Shown here: piece after piece, positions 10,145 to 19,218 of the stretch
How the letters are laid out: every line of letters begins with the position of its first letter
Position numbering within the stretch: position 1 is the stretch's first letter
IMG/VR virus record: IMGVR_UViG_3300044580_000271
Span: 1 to 45,938 of that record
Source: a virus
Taxonomy: Duplodnaviria > Caudoviricetes
Direction: 5' to 3' (one strand)
Length of the DNA stretch: 45,938 bases
Notes under the pieces: generated by a model
What the model was told of the DNA's origin: nothing
The model's input: only the letters and a program-made list of their open reading frames with translations
Database searches by the model: none
Translations under genes and position numbers: made by a program

Positions 10145-10306
10145 TTAAAAATGATTTAAATGTTCGTAATTTTTTGTGAAATTTTTGTCTTCGTCTAGAA
10201 TGCCAGCGTTAATAAGAGTATTGAGAGCTTCTTTTTTAGAAGTTCTCTTCTTTTTTGCTAATTTTTTTAACAAAACAATATCTTTATTTTTATTGCAATT
10301 CTTCAT
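10145..10306 (-). CDS. Small basic hypothetical protein (53 aa)
   Basis: Read manually: MKNCNKNKDIVLLKKLAKKKRTSKKEALNTLINAGILDEDKNF...; overlaps the upstream stop. Confidence 0.5.
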   Translation of the reverse strand: MKNCNKNKDIVLLKKLAKKKRTSKKEALNTLINAGILDEDKNFTKNYEHLNHF

Positions 10307-11327
10307 CAGAGAGAGTGGTCATGTCATCAAACTGAGAAAAGTTGTTAATTTTAGAAAAGTATTTGTTATTTCGTAGTTCTTCTTGTTTAGATGGGCACAT
10401 TTCATGAATCTTCTTGACTCTCATATGCTCTTTGACCATCTCATAAACTTCTTTCCAATCTGCTCCAATAGATTGAATCCAATCTTTATGTTTTTCAACT
10501 AACTTAGCAGAAACAAACTCATGACCATGTGCGGGCCAAGCCCCTGGCTTTGTAAAAGACTGTTTAGTAACATCAGCTTTTCCTAAATCATGAAATAAAG
10601 CGGCGACAGCATTATTCATGCCTCCCGTTTTACGGGCTCTATTGTAAACTATAGTAATATGTTTCAATACGTCACCTTCTGGATGCCAATAGGCACTTTG
10701 GGGGGTATTGCCACAACGTCTTAAATAGTCTTGTATTTCTTTTGGAGAGGCTTTTGATATTTCTTCAAATGTTGGTATGTAATTCATTGATTGTAAATTT
10801 TCTTTTACTATTCTTAAATTGGAAACTAACTCAAATCTTATATCTAAATGTGGATTTTTTCTTTTGGCTCTATTTATTATTGGCAAATAAGCATTTGTTA
10901 TTTCTTGTTCAGTAAATTCATTTCTGTATTCATCTAAAACTAAATTACTTTCTCCCATTCCTATCATATCAGTATTTCCAACTCTTTGAATACTAATAAA
11001 TTCAGTAGGTAATTTATGAATCCATCTATGGGGTACTGTAACTAAATTTTGAAATTGTAATGAATCTAAAATAGTTTGATGAATACAATTTGCTTTTATT
11101 GATAAATAAACATTTCCTTTTTTGTCTATAATTCCTCTTACATCCGGGGCGATATTACTTAAAGATGAAGGATTTACAATGACCTTAGCTTTTTCATTAA
11201 TGTCTATAATCTTATCTCTATTTTGAGCAATTTCATATTCTTGATTAAACTCATCAAATTCATCAGGAATATAAAATCTTTTAGAAGCATAAACATCACC
11301 TATGCCTTCTCTAACAATTTTAGTCAT
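10290..11327 (-). CDS. Two-domain protein with C-terminal HD phosphohydrolase (type found with CCA-adding enzymes)
   Basis: Q..YWHPEGDVLKH...ALFHDLGK...HGHE...HM motifs. Confidence 0.75.
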   Translation of the reverse strand: MTKIVREGIGDVYASKRFYIPDEFDEFNQEYEIAQNRDKIIDINEKAKVIVNPSSLSNIAPDVRGIIDKKGNVYLSIKANCIHQTILDSLQFQNLVTVPHRWIHKLPTEFISIQRVGNTDMIGMGESNLVLDEYRNEFTEQEITNAYLPIINRAKRKNPHLDIRFELVSNLRIVKENLQSMNYIPTFEEISKASPKEIQDYLRRCGNTPQSAYWHPEGDVLKHITIVYNRARKTGGMNNAVAALFHDLGKADVTKQSFTKPGAWPAHGHEFVSAKLVEKHKDWIQSIGADWKEVYEMVKEHMRVKKIHEMCPSKQEELRNNKYFSKINNFSQFDDMTTLSDEELQ

Positions 11328-11397
11328 TGAATAAACTTTTATTTATTTATTCAATAAAAATGGCGCTCAAGATTTTCGTTTCTTACTATTAAATCTG

Positions 11398-11529
11398 TTA
11401 ATTATAAAGCTGATCCGGATCACTTAATGGAAGAGCTTCACGTAAAATCATTAAACTTCCACGATGAACGTACTTATCAAAATGAAGTTCAGTATTATCT
11501 TTTTCCAAATGAATCTTTGTTTCTGACAT
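11398..11529 (-). CDS. Small hypothetical protein (43 aa, possibly frameshifted)
   Basis: MSETKIHLEKDNTELHFDKYVHRGSLMILREALP...; coding-like sequence continues in another frame to ~11351. Confidence 0.35.
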   Translation of the reverse strand: MSETKIHLEKDNTELHFDKYVHRGSLMILREALPLSDPDQLYN

Positions 11530-11992
11530 AATTATTTAGTATTCGTAAGACTTCTGCATTTGGTAAAATGTGTTTATTGTTTATTTTGAAATACTCTTTA
11601 TCTCCTCTTAAGTAATCTAAGGCAAATTGCCCAATTGCCCCACTCCTGCTTATTCCAGCTGCACAATGTACCAATAGAACTTTTACATCTTTATTGTTAT
11701 CAAGAAAATTAACTACGCGTTTTGCATCTTCTTCAGTAAAAGCTCTAGTTTTCCCTGAATTTGTTGGGGAAATTTCTAAATCGTTTTTAACATCATCGAA
11801 AAAAAGATTGAGTACATTATGGTGAGGCTGGGTAAATAAAGGTGTGTGATAATAATTTCCTTCAGTATCATTGATGCAAATAAATGCATAATTTATTATA
11901 GCATCAACAGAATCATCGTTGATGTTATTTCTTTCTAATACTTCCTGAAATTGAACTTTTGGAAACACGTAAATTTTTACTTTCTCATCCAT
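11495..11992 (-). CDS. Cys-dependent (PTP/dual-specificity) phosphatase
   Basis: HCAAGISRS CX5R P-loop; upstream FDD general-acid motif. Confidence 0.85.
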   Translation of the reverse strand: MDEKVKIYVFPKVQFQEVLERNNINDDSVDAIINYAFICINDTEGNYYHTPLFTQPHHNVLNLFFDDVKNDLEISPTNSGKTRAFTEEDAKRVVNFLDNNKDVKVLLVHCAAGISRSGAIGQFALDYLRGDKEYFKINNKHILPNAEVLRILNNYVRNKDSFGKR

Positions 11993-11995
11993 AAA

Positions 11996-13156
11996 TTATG
12001 TTTTATATTTTTCAACTATTTCTTTTGCTTTATTTAATCTGTAGGTTTTTTCTAAAATAAATTGAACTTTTTTAGTCTTGTATTTATTCTTATCATCGAT
12101 ATAAGCTCTCATGAAATCGAAATAAGGTTCTTTATGACAATTAGTTGCAAATTTAGCAAAATCACCATTGAATTCTGTTAAAAATCTGTTAAAAAGAGCT
12201 TCAACCTTTGAATCAATATGTGATGCATAATTATCAATAGCTTTGGTAACCATATTGATAAAATCAAAAGCATCTTTATCTTCTATTGGATTTAATTGAG
12301 ATACTAAATCATCCAATGTTTCCCTGTAGTAATTCTCAATGACATAATCTTCTCTAAATACGTTCATAGTTCTTAAACCATGAACAGTAAAGTACCACTG
12401 AGTCTTGACCTTCAACAACATACCGTCATCAAAAATAACTACCCACCCCTCTTTATCTTCCTCTACCTTTGATTTTTCAATCAATTGATCAAGAGTAAAT
12501 GATTCGTTTTTAATAAAGTACATGGTAGTTGGAATATTGCTTACTTCTGAAGCAGGGATATAGTCACCATTACTATTATTTCTCAATCCAATGAATCTAA
12601 GTTCTGGACTTCCATATTTAAGTACAATTCTATTAGCATAGGAAACATATTCGAAGAGAGGAGTAAATCCATCTTCAAGTTGTTTTTTAACCCATTTTGT
12701 GTGGTCTTCCCATGCAAACAATAATTGCTGTGATGATATTACTTGTTCATTATCAAATCCTCGTATAGTTTTGGCAAATAATTTTCCGTTTGGTAACATC
12801 ATAAATGCAACCAATGAACCATCTTCCTTTGAAGAAATATGCACAATATTCTTATCTTTAACTTTATCATACTGAGTTTCCTCTATCTGATTTATGTTAA
12901 AGAATTTAGGAAGCATTAAATATCGATTGAAAATAGTTCCATCTTCATTGAATACAAACGTAACTCCTCTCATATCGAAAGCAGTGATATTTGGTTCATT
13001 TGGAAGTGGGTTTGCAAAATGGTTATAGCCACATATAAAGTAATCAAATGCTGAAATTTTGTAGTTGTCTATTCTCCACATATGTTCAGAAAAATTGAAG
13101 TTGTTGTAATACTTGCAAATCTTCTGTGCGTCATTATATGTGACTAAATACTTCAT
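11996..13156 (-). CDS. T4 Rnl1-family RNA ligase
   Basis: RGxxF, KFFN, motif I KEDGS, FEY...NRIV, EGWV, KVK motifs. Confidence 0.85.
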   Translation of the reverse strand: MKYLVTYNDAQKICKYYNNFNFSEHMWRIDNYKISAFDYFICGYNHFANPLPNEPNITAFDMRGVTFVFNEDGTIFNRYLMLPKFFNINQIEETQYDKVKDKNIVHISSKEDGSLVAFMMLPNGKLFAKTIRGFDNEQVISSQQLLFAWEDHTKWVKKQLEDGFTPLFEYVSYANRIVLKYGSPELRFIGLRNNSNGDYIPASEVSNIPTTMYFIKNESFTLDQLIEKSKVEEDKEGWVVIFDDGMLLKVKTQWYFTVHGLRTMNVFREDYVIENYYRETLDDLVSQLNPIEDKDAFDFINMVTKAIDNYASHIDSKVEALFNRFLTEFNGDFAKFATNCHKEPYFDFMRAYIDDKNKYKTKKVQFILEKTYRLNKAKEIVEKYKT

Positions 13157-13192
13157 GTTGTAAATATAACCAAAAAATATGTAAATAAAAAA

Positions 13193-13963
13193 TTATTTCA
13201 ATCGACTGAAGAATTTTTGAGGATCAAGAATTTCGTCATACGAAGGGGGCTTATTGGTTACTAATATTTTGATCCCTTCTTTAAGTCCTTTTTCATCTAA
13301 AAATTCTTTTAAAAAATAAGAAGAATACCAATAAACAAACTTAACTCTATTATCTTTATCAGTTAATTCTTCTACTGTTTTAGGAATAGGAATTTCGCCA
13401 ATAGGTGAACTTTCATTTAAATAATAAACTACATATTCACATACACCTTCTTCAATAAAATCGGATCCAAACCTTGATCCAGGATTTGGAAATAGTCTTA
13501 TGGTTCCATATTCTGGAGAAACTGAAAGCCCTTCTTGTTTTGCAATAATTAATGTCTGATTAAAATAAACATGAGTCATTTCATGAAAGAGAACTCCCTT
13601 TACAGTTTTTGCCGTATGAGGCATCACTCTTTGTTGATACTTAGTAAGATTTTTGTATTCATATTCAACATATCTTTCTTCGTTATTTATAATTATGTAA
13701 TCAGGAAGATAAAAATTACCTAAATCTCCATCGCCATTTTCATCGAGGTTTTCTGTAAAAAGATATACATCATATAGAGTATCGATTCTATATTCATATT
13801 CAGCAATTAGATTGTCGTGATTATTGCTTATATAGGTGTCAATTCCTTTAGAAGATGGCTTACCCTGCTTATTATAATATAAGGGGTCTTTGTGCTGTTG
13901 TTGTAAAAACGAAAGAAATAATAAAGCAGCTAGTATCGAACCAATCTTTAAAATGTATCTCAT
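13193..13963 (-). CDS. Secreted/membrane-anchored zinc metallopeptidase-like protein
   Basis: N-terminal hydrophobic segment; FHEMTH ... FIEEGVCEY (gluzincin-like). Confidence 0.6.
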   Translation of the reverse strand: MRYILKIGSILAALLFLSFLQQQHKDPLYYNKQGKPSSKGIDTYISNNHDNLIAEYEYRIDTLYDVYLFTENLDENGDGDLGNFYLPDYIIINNEERYVEYEYKNLTKYQQRVMPHTAKTVKGVLFHEMTHVYFNQTLIIAKQEGLSVSPEYGTIRLFPNPGSRFGSDFIEEGVCEYVVYYLNESSPIGEIPIPKTVEELTDKDNRVKFVYWYSSYFLKEFLDEKGLKEGIKILVTNKPPSYDEILDPQKFFSRLK

Positions 13964-14205
13964 TTACGTCTCCATTTTCCCGATTTATAATATTCTCCTT
14001 CTTGATTTAAATAGATTTTTCCATCTTTTGCCATTGACCATTTATTATGAACTTCATCTAGATCAAAAGGCAATTCATCTAAGTCAAATTGACTAAGTTT
14101 CTGTTTTGATTTTTTGCGGAATTTACCATTCGCGATTTGCTTGTCCTTTTTCTCGGACGATCCTGCGATCCCTACAATAGGGGTCTTACGATAGGATTTA
14201 CTCAT
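13960..14205 (-). CDS. Small basic hypothetical protein
   Basis: 81 aa, MSKSYRKTPI...KDGK...WRRK; overlaps the next start. Confidence 0.6.
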   Translation of the reverse strand: MSKSYRKTPIVGIAGSSEKKDKQIANGKFRKKSKQKLSQFDLDELPFDLDEVHNKWSMAKDGKIYLNQEGEYYKSGKWRRK

Positions 14206-14406
14206 AACTAATTCAAAGTTATTTTTGGTAAAATTAAATAATTTTTAGGGGATTTGAAAATTTTCGGGGTTAAAATCATGTTAAAGTTGAAAACCTTTTT
14301 ATATTTATTCATATACGCGCCCGGGCCCAGGTACGGGTATGGGAGCTTTTCCTCTGGAGCTTAAGTACTTATTTTATGATGCTCGGGACCCCGGTTTTAA
14401 GCCCCA

Positions 14407-14462
14407 TGTTAATTTTCTGTTAAAAAAATTTTTTTATCTCACGGATTTTTATTATATTTGCA
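14407..14462 (+). promoter_or_regulatory. Bacteroidota-type promoter (-7 TATATTTG) with upstream TGTTAA-N5-TGTTAA repeat
   Basis: tatatttg at 14453-14460; tgttaa at 14407 and 14418. Confidence 0.6.
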
Positions 14463-14481
14463 ATATAAATTGCTCTTTGAT

Positions 14482-14970
14482 ATGAATGAAACTACAGACA
14501 TGAGACAAATCGTTGAGAACGAATTGTCTACACATGGTATCACGATTAAAAAATGGAGCAACCAATCTTGTGGAACAGCTTTCATGAAGACCCGCGAGAT
14601 TAAAATTCCTCATCCAGTAGACTATGATACTTTGGGTGTTTGCTTCCATGAAATTGGCCACATCGTTCATGGACATGATGAGAAGAGTGGCAAAACTCGT
14701 TACGTTGAGGAATATGAAGCAGAACAGTTTGCGATTCAAAAACTCAAAGAGTATGGGTTTTACAACAAACGGTACGAGTATAGAGCCATGGCTTACGTCC
14801 TCTCAAAGCTTGCTCAAGCTCGAAATCGTGGACATAACATGAAGAACGTCCCTAAAGAAATTGTAAAATGGGCCGGTCTTCAGGTAAATAAGTGGAATAA
14901 GGCAAAAAAGGTTTATGTTTGTCGAAATTCCTACAAACGTAAAGGCGACATTAAAATCTACTTGCGATGA
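14482..14970 (+). CDS. HEXXH metallopeptidase-like protein (ImmA/IrrE-like)
   Basis: FHEIGH...EEYEAE; start moved to the ATG downstream of the promoter. Confidence 0.6.
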   Translation: MNETTDMRQIVENELSTHGITIKKWSNQSCGTAFMKTREIKIPHPVDYDTLGVCFHEIGHIVHGHDEKSGKTRYVEEYEAEQFAIQKLKEYGFYNKRYEYRAMAYVLSKLAQARNRGHNMKNVPKEIVKWAGLQVNKWNKAKKVYVCRNSYKRKGDIKIYLR

Positions 14971-15191
14971 AACAAAAAGTAAAAACAGGAGGCATTAAAA
15001 TTCGAAAGATTGATAACAACCATTATCAACTTTTGATAGAAGCCGTAATTGTCAAACAAAAATATCATAAGCAGTGGATTATTTTAGTAAAAGATAATTG
15101 TATTGCTTTTGGTAAGACTCCCCTTGAAGCAATAAGAACTTTGGGTTTAAACAATAATATACGTTATTCACCTAAAATGAAAATAGCATGA
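14967..15191 (+). CDS. Hypothetical protein
   Basis: 74 aa, ATGA-coupled to its neighbours. Confidence 0.55.
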   Translation: MKQKVKTGGIKIRKIDNNHYQLLIEAVIVKQKYHKQWIILVKDNCIAFGKTPLEAIRTLGLNNNIRYSPKMKIA

Positions 15192-15448
15192 CACGAAAAA
15201 TTCCTTCAAGCTGGACTACGTGGTATGAAACTACTTATTATAAAAATGGTGAGAAGTTTTCATACACGACTAAAAGTCATACACAGATACATAATGTCAT
15301 TCATGTCGAAGCAGCAAAACGTGGTGAATGGGCTCAGACATTAATGTATGACAAAACTGTTGAGTGGCCATTTGGACTCTATGCAGAAGTAATTCAAACA
15401 ACGTCAAAACCAAAAATAGTTAAGATGGATGGAACTGAAGTGAAATAG
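15188..15448 (+). CDS. Hypothetical protein
   Basis: 86 aa, coupled start. Confidence 0.55.
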   Translation: MTRKIPSSWTTWYETTYYKNGEKFSYTTKSHTQIHNVIHVEAAKRGEWAQTLMYDKTVEWPFGLYAEVIQTTSKPKIVKMDGTEVK

Positions 15449-15498
15449 CGAAAACTTTTAAAAATAAAGAATATATAATTTAATTAAAATAATTTTTA

Positions 15499-15600
15499 AT
15501 GGAAAAACAATTGTTAGGCATATGGTATTTTCAAAGCGCGCCAATTGGGCGTGATACATCACTTATGTGTAATGAGAGAGTGCAATTTCGACAGCGATAG
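15499..15600 (+). CDS. Putative attenuator leader peptide MEKQLLGIWYFQSAPIGRDTSLMCNERVQFRQR
   Basis: 33-codon ORF between a promoter-like motif and a terminator; contains a segment complementary to the terminator 5' arm. Confidence 0.55.
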   Translation: MEKQLLGIWYFQSAPIGRDTSLMCNERVQFRQR

Positions 15601-15623
15601 ATAACTATTAAGAACGATATATA

Positions 15624-15652
15624 GGGCCTCTCTTAATAGGGAGGCCTTTTTT
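15624..15652 (+). terminator. Intrinsic terminator upstream of the YkuK-like gene (attenuator)
   Basis: ggcctctc-ttaata-gggaggcc followed by a T-run. Confidence 0.8.
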
Positions 15653-15675
15653 ATTTTAACAAATTTAATTTTAAG

Positions 15676-16182
15676 ATGATGGCAGAAAAGAAGTTAATGT
15701 TCTACAAGATTGATGGAACAAAGATTGAAGATGTAAATCAGTATGTTAAGGACTGGATTGCACAGTACCCACACTCAGAAATTACAGTTGGATGTGACTC
15801 ACAGGCGTATGCTAGATACGTAAAGTACTCAGTTGTAATTGTTATGCACATATTCTACGAATCAAAGGAAACAAATCCAGACAGAGTAGGACATGGAGCA
15901 CATGTTATTTCTGCAACTATTATAGATAGAAGTAAGGGTCTAAAGTCTGATATTTACACTAAGCTATGGGCTGAAGCTATGTACACAGTAGAAGCAGCTC
16001 AAATGCTTGACGGATGTGATAAGAAAATTAAGATTCACCTTGACTACAACAGTAAGGAAGAAGCATACTCAAATGTTCTATATGCTTCCGGTATAGGATT
16101 TATTAAGGGTATGGGATATGAAGCTTGTGGTAAGCCATACGCTTGGGCAAGTTCAAATGTTGCAGACCACTTATGTCGTTAA
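15676..16182 (+). CDS. RNase H-like YkuK/DUF458-family protein
   Basis: VGCDSQ, KLWAEA, IHLDYN, KPYAWASSNVADH motifs. Confidence 0.75.
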   Translation: MMAEKKLMFYKIDGTKIEDVNQYVKDWIAQYPHSEITVGCDSQAYARYVKYSVVIVMHIFYESKETNPDRVGHGAHVISATIIDRSKGLKSDIYTKLWAEAMYTVEAAQMLDGCDKKIKIHLDYNSKEEAYSNVLYASGIGFIKGMGYEACGKPYAWASSNVADHLCR

Positions 16183-16185
16183 TTT

Positions 16186-16214
16186 AAAAGCCTTAGTTCT
16201 CTAAGGCTTTTTTT
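16186..16214 (+). terminator. Intrinsic terminator
   Basis: aaaagccttag-ttct-ctaaggctttt plus T-run. Confidence 0.8.
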
Positions 16215-16234
16215 ATGAATAAATAAAATAAAAG

Positions 16235-16594
16235 ATGAAAAAACTATTAATAATATTATTATTGTCATTGGCATCATGTGCTCCTATGAGGATATTTTAC
16301 ATAATGAATAATGACTATTCAGAATCTCAATATGATAAAGCCTTAACTGATGTTTATTCATCATTAAAATATGTTGAAACAGATTCTATAAGTCTTGATC
16401 AATGGATGCGAAATGATGGGTTAGCAGGAGATGAAGTAGTTTTTAATCAATACATATTATTATCTAATCCAGACAAGAAGACTAATTATTATATGATCTT
16501 TACTGAATTTTATAAAGCAGCTATAGATTCAGCATATTATAACTATAAAATAAGATGTGAGACCAAGAACAAAAAAATTTGGCCAAGTTATTAA
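16235..16594 (+). CDS. Lipoprotein
   Basis: MKKLLIILLLSLASC lipobox. Confidence 0.65.
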   Translation: MKKLLIILLLSLASCAPMRIFYIMNNDYSESQYDKALTDVYSSLKYVETDSISLDQWMRNDGLAGDEVVFNQYILLSNPDKKTNYYMIFTEFYKAAIDSAYYNYKIRCETKNKKIWPSY

Positions 16595-16645
16595 AAACTT
16601 TTTCATACCTTAAATATATAAGAACAAATTAAAATAATAAGTGAT

Positions 16646-16786
16646 ATGAAAAAAGTAATTTTAGGTATTTTCATTTTTGCAATGCTCGTTATTACTTCTT
16701 GTGGAAATAAGAAATCTGCAGCGGCTTCTGAAGCTACAGTAGATTCTACAAAAGTAGAAGTCGTTGACACAGTGAAGGTTCAGTAA
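16646..16786 (+). CDS. Small lipoprotein (46 aa)
   Basis: Read manually: MKKVILGIFIFAMLVITSCGNKKSAAASEATVDSTKVEVVDTVKVQ. Confidence 0.65.
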   Translation: MKKVILGIFIFAMLVITSCGNKKSAAASEATVDSTKVEVVDTVKVQ

Positions 16787-16869
16787 GCATTTGTTAAAAA
16801 ATGTTAAAAAATGCCTCGAATTTTTTTAGTTCGAGGTTTTTTATTATATTAGCATCAAATTTAAATGTC

Positions 16870-17127
16870 ATGTTTATATTAACATCGATACAAGAATTTG
16901 AACAAAGAAAAATTGGATTCTACAAAGATTATACAGAAATTCCCAATCGTTTGTCTAGGAAAGCCGTTAGGTTACTTCTGCGAAAAGGAACACCTAAGTT
17001 TGCAATATTCATTTCATCTGACAGAGTTGAAAAAGGAACTTTTCAGATTTATTATAATTTAAGTTCCTTTCATACGAAGAAAAATAAACTTGAAGGTACT
17101 GAATATATTGGCTATGTTACTATTTAA
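16870..17127 (+). CDS. Hypothetical protein
   Basis: ATG downstream of promoter-like tatattag (16845). Confidence 0.5.
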   Translation: MFILTSIQEFEQRKIGFYKDYTEIPNRLSRKAVRLLLRKGTPKFAIFISSDRVEKGTFQIYYNLSSFHTKKNKLEGTEYIGYVTI

Positions 17128-17230
17128 GAAAAGAAAAAAGAAAAAGTCTGAATCAGATAAGTGCATGGATGATTATATGAAAAAGATCAACGAAATGCAA
17201 GATAGGTTTTTAAGCGAACTTAAAAAATAA
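17114..17230 (+). CDS. Small basic hypothetical protein (38 aa)
   Basis: MLLFKKRKKKKSESDKCMDDY...; fills the gap between neighbours. Confidence 0.4.
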   Translation: MLLFKKRKKKKSESDKCMDDYMKKINEMQDRFLSELKK

Positions 17231-17234
17231 TGTT

Positions 17235-17462
17235 ATGGCAACAAAGAAGATCACACATGAATTTATCGCATTACTTGTTAAGGCAAAGTGTTCGAAGACT
17301 GAAAAGGAATTTACTGTACCAGTGGGACAGTGGGATATTTATTCACATGAACAGGAATGCGAAATTTGTGGTTCTCATGGAGAAATGATAGTTGATATTC
17401 ATTGCCCAGAATGTGGTCAGACTCATTCACATGTTTTAAAAAGATGGAGAAATGACAGTTGA
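17235..17462 (+). CDS. Small zinc-ribbon protein
   Basis: CEICG and CPECG motifs. Confidence 0.6.
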   Translation: MATKKITHEFIALLVKAKCSKTEKEFTVPVGQWDIYSHEQECEICGSHGEMIVDIHCPECGQTHSHVLKRWRNDS

Positions 17463-17510
17463 TATTCATTGCCCAGAATGTGGTCAGACTCATTCACATG
17501 TTTTAAAAAG
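17377..17510. repeat. 67-bp tandem duplication with one mismatch
   Basis: 17377-17443 versus 17444-17510 (gata vs gaca). Confidence 0.9.
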
Positions 17511-17535
17511 TTGGTAACCCTTAATAAATACACAC

Positions 17536-17898
17536 ATGAAATTCAAAATGACAAATTTCAGCAAGAACATCAGGATTGATTTAAGTGATCGAGAAGTACA
17601 TGTTCCAAAGAAAGAAAAATTCAAAGTAGTTAGAGAAGGAGAAGAATGGAATTCTCAATCAAATATATCTATGCTTTTTGGGTTAAGTGTTTTAGTTGCT
17701 CTTATATTTATGTTTATAAGTATAGCTGCTATAAACAAAGAATGGGAGTCTGTCGGTATTTGGTGCTTAATAACGTTTTTGATGTGTGCGTTGACATTGT
17801 TTATAGGTATACTAAAATATGAGTTTAAATGGCAGACATGGATATGGGTCTTTAATACTATTTTATGGTTTTTTAATACAATTTTACACATTGGATAA
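17536..17898 (+). CDS. Membrane protein (about 3 TM)
   Basis: Three hydrophobic segments. Confidence 0.6.
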   Translation: MKFKMTNFSKNIRIDLSDREVHVPKKEKFKVVREGEEWNSQSNISMLFGLSVLVALIFMFISIAAINKEWESVGIWCLITFLMCALTLFIGILKYEFKWQTWIWVFNTILWFFNTILHIG

Positions 17899-18277
17899 GA
17901 TATTAATCATAGTAAGAGGAATTCCTGGATGTGGAAAATCGACTTTCGCAAAGCTTCTGGGCCGTGCTATTTGCACAGCTGATGATTATCTAACAAGAAA
18001 CGGAAAGTACGAATGGTCTAGAGAAAATACTGGAAAGGCCCATGCATGGTGTCAGAGAAAATGTGAAAGATTCATGAAATCAAGAATAACTCCTGTCATT
18101 GTGGCCAATACTTCTACGACTGAAAAAGAACTTCATCCTTATTATGATTTAGCTAATAAATATGGTTTTGAAGTTTTCTCTATTATTGTTGAAAATCGTC
18201 ATAACGGCATTAATGAACATAATGTTCCAGAAGAAACTCTTGAAAAAATGAGAAATCGTTTTGATATTAAATTATAA
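17891..18277 (+). CDS. P-loop polynucleotide-kinase-like protein (AAA_33)
   Basis: RGIPGCGKST Walker A, ADD, VANT, HNVP motifs; TTG start inferred. Confidence 0.8.
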   Translation: MDKILIIVRGIPGCGKSTFAKLLGRAICTADDYLTRNGKYEWSRENTGKAHAWCQRKCERFMKSRITPVIVANTSTTEKELHPYYDLANKYGFEVFSIIVENRHNGINEHNVPEETLEKMRNRFDIKL

Positions 18278-18279
18278 TC

Positions 18280-18567
18280 ATGGAAAAATTTGTATTTGAA
18301 GGAGAAGAATATAATATCATCTCCGAAAATAAAGGTAGTACTGAAAGGGGTTACTATCAAATGAAAATGACTGATCAAACCAGAGAAAGAGAATTATATG
18401 CATGGAGGCCCTGGTGGATTGGTAAAAAGTTTCGATGGTTTAAAAAAATAAAAATAAGAGAACGTCTTTGGTTTGATAGAAGTACAACCTTTGATGATGG
18501 GTGGTCTTATCAGAATTATTGGCAGCCATGGAGAAAAATATGGGAAGCCGAAGAAATTTTATCATAA
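18280..18567 (+). CDS. Hypothetical Trp-rich protein
   Basis: 95-aa ORF in operon. Confidence 0.55.
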   Translation: MEKFVFEGEEYNIISENKGSTERGYYQMKMTDQTRERELYAWRPWWIGKKFRWFKKIKIRERLWFDRSTTFDDGWSYQNYWQPWRKIWEAEEILS

Positions 18568-18618
18568 AAATTTTTATTTTTGAAAACTTTAGTTTATATT
18601 CGCTAACAAATTTCATCT

Positions 18619-19218
18619 ATGATTACAGAAAAAACAACAATTCAAAAGCTCTATGACGATCCCAAGTCAAAAAATTTTGTTAACCATTTAATAAGAGCTT
18701 ATCTTCCAATTAATAAACCTAAAAAGGTATGGGAATTTGGAGCTAATACATCACATAAATGTAATGTTTGCGGACATTCTTTGATCGATCTAGAGACAGT
18801 AATAGGAAGAATAATGATTTCTAAGGATTATATGACTGATACAATTGATCAAATGAGAAGAGAACTTCAAGGAGAAAAAATTGAGAGAGAAGATCGAGCT
18901 GTTATTAAACATATTACTCATGGGGCTATTCAAGCTTGGCAAGGAGAAAAAACAACAACATATCTCTGTGCCGACTGTATAAAAGACCTTCTAGATATGG
19001 TTACAACTGGAATTCTTATGGGAGATAAAAACATTATATGGATTACAAAGTCCATGCAAAGAGATGAAGTTTTTACTCATATGAAATCAAGCCCAGTTGT
19101 TACAAATCGCGAAAAGGAAAAATTGGATGAAATACATAAGAGGGCAGAGCAAAAGAAAATGACCTTTGGAGATTTACAGATATTAAAAGACTTAAAAGAC
19201 CGAATGATGGAGGAATGA
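18619..19218 (+). CDS. Hypothetical protein with two CxxC pairs
   Basis: CNVC and CADC; upstream tatattcg promoter-like site. Confidence 0.6.
   Translation: MITEKTTIQKLYDDPKSKNFVNHLIRAYLPINKPKKVWEFGANTSHKCNVCGHSLIDLETVIGRIMISKDYMTDTIDQMRRELQGEKIEREDRAVIKHITHGAIQAWQGEKTTTYLCADCIKDLLDMVTTGILMGDKNIIWITKSMQRDEVFTHMKSSPVVTNREKEKLDEIHKRAEQKKMTFGDLQILKDLKDRMMEE

Noticed and set aside
14452-14842. Alternative ORFs 14452(-) and 14624(+)
   Set aside because: They overlap the better-supported HEXXH gene in other frames
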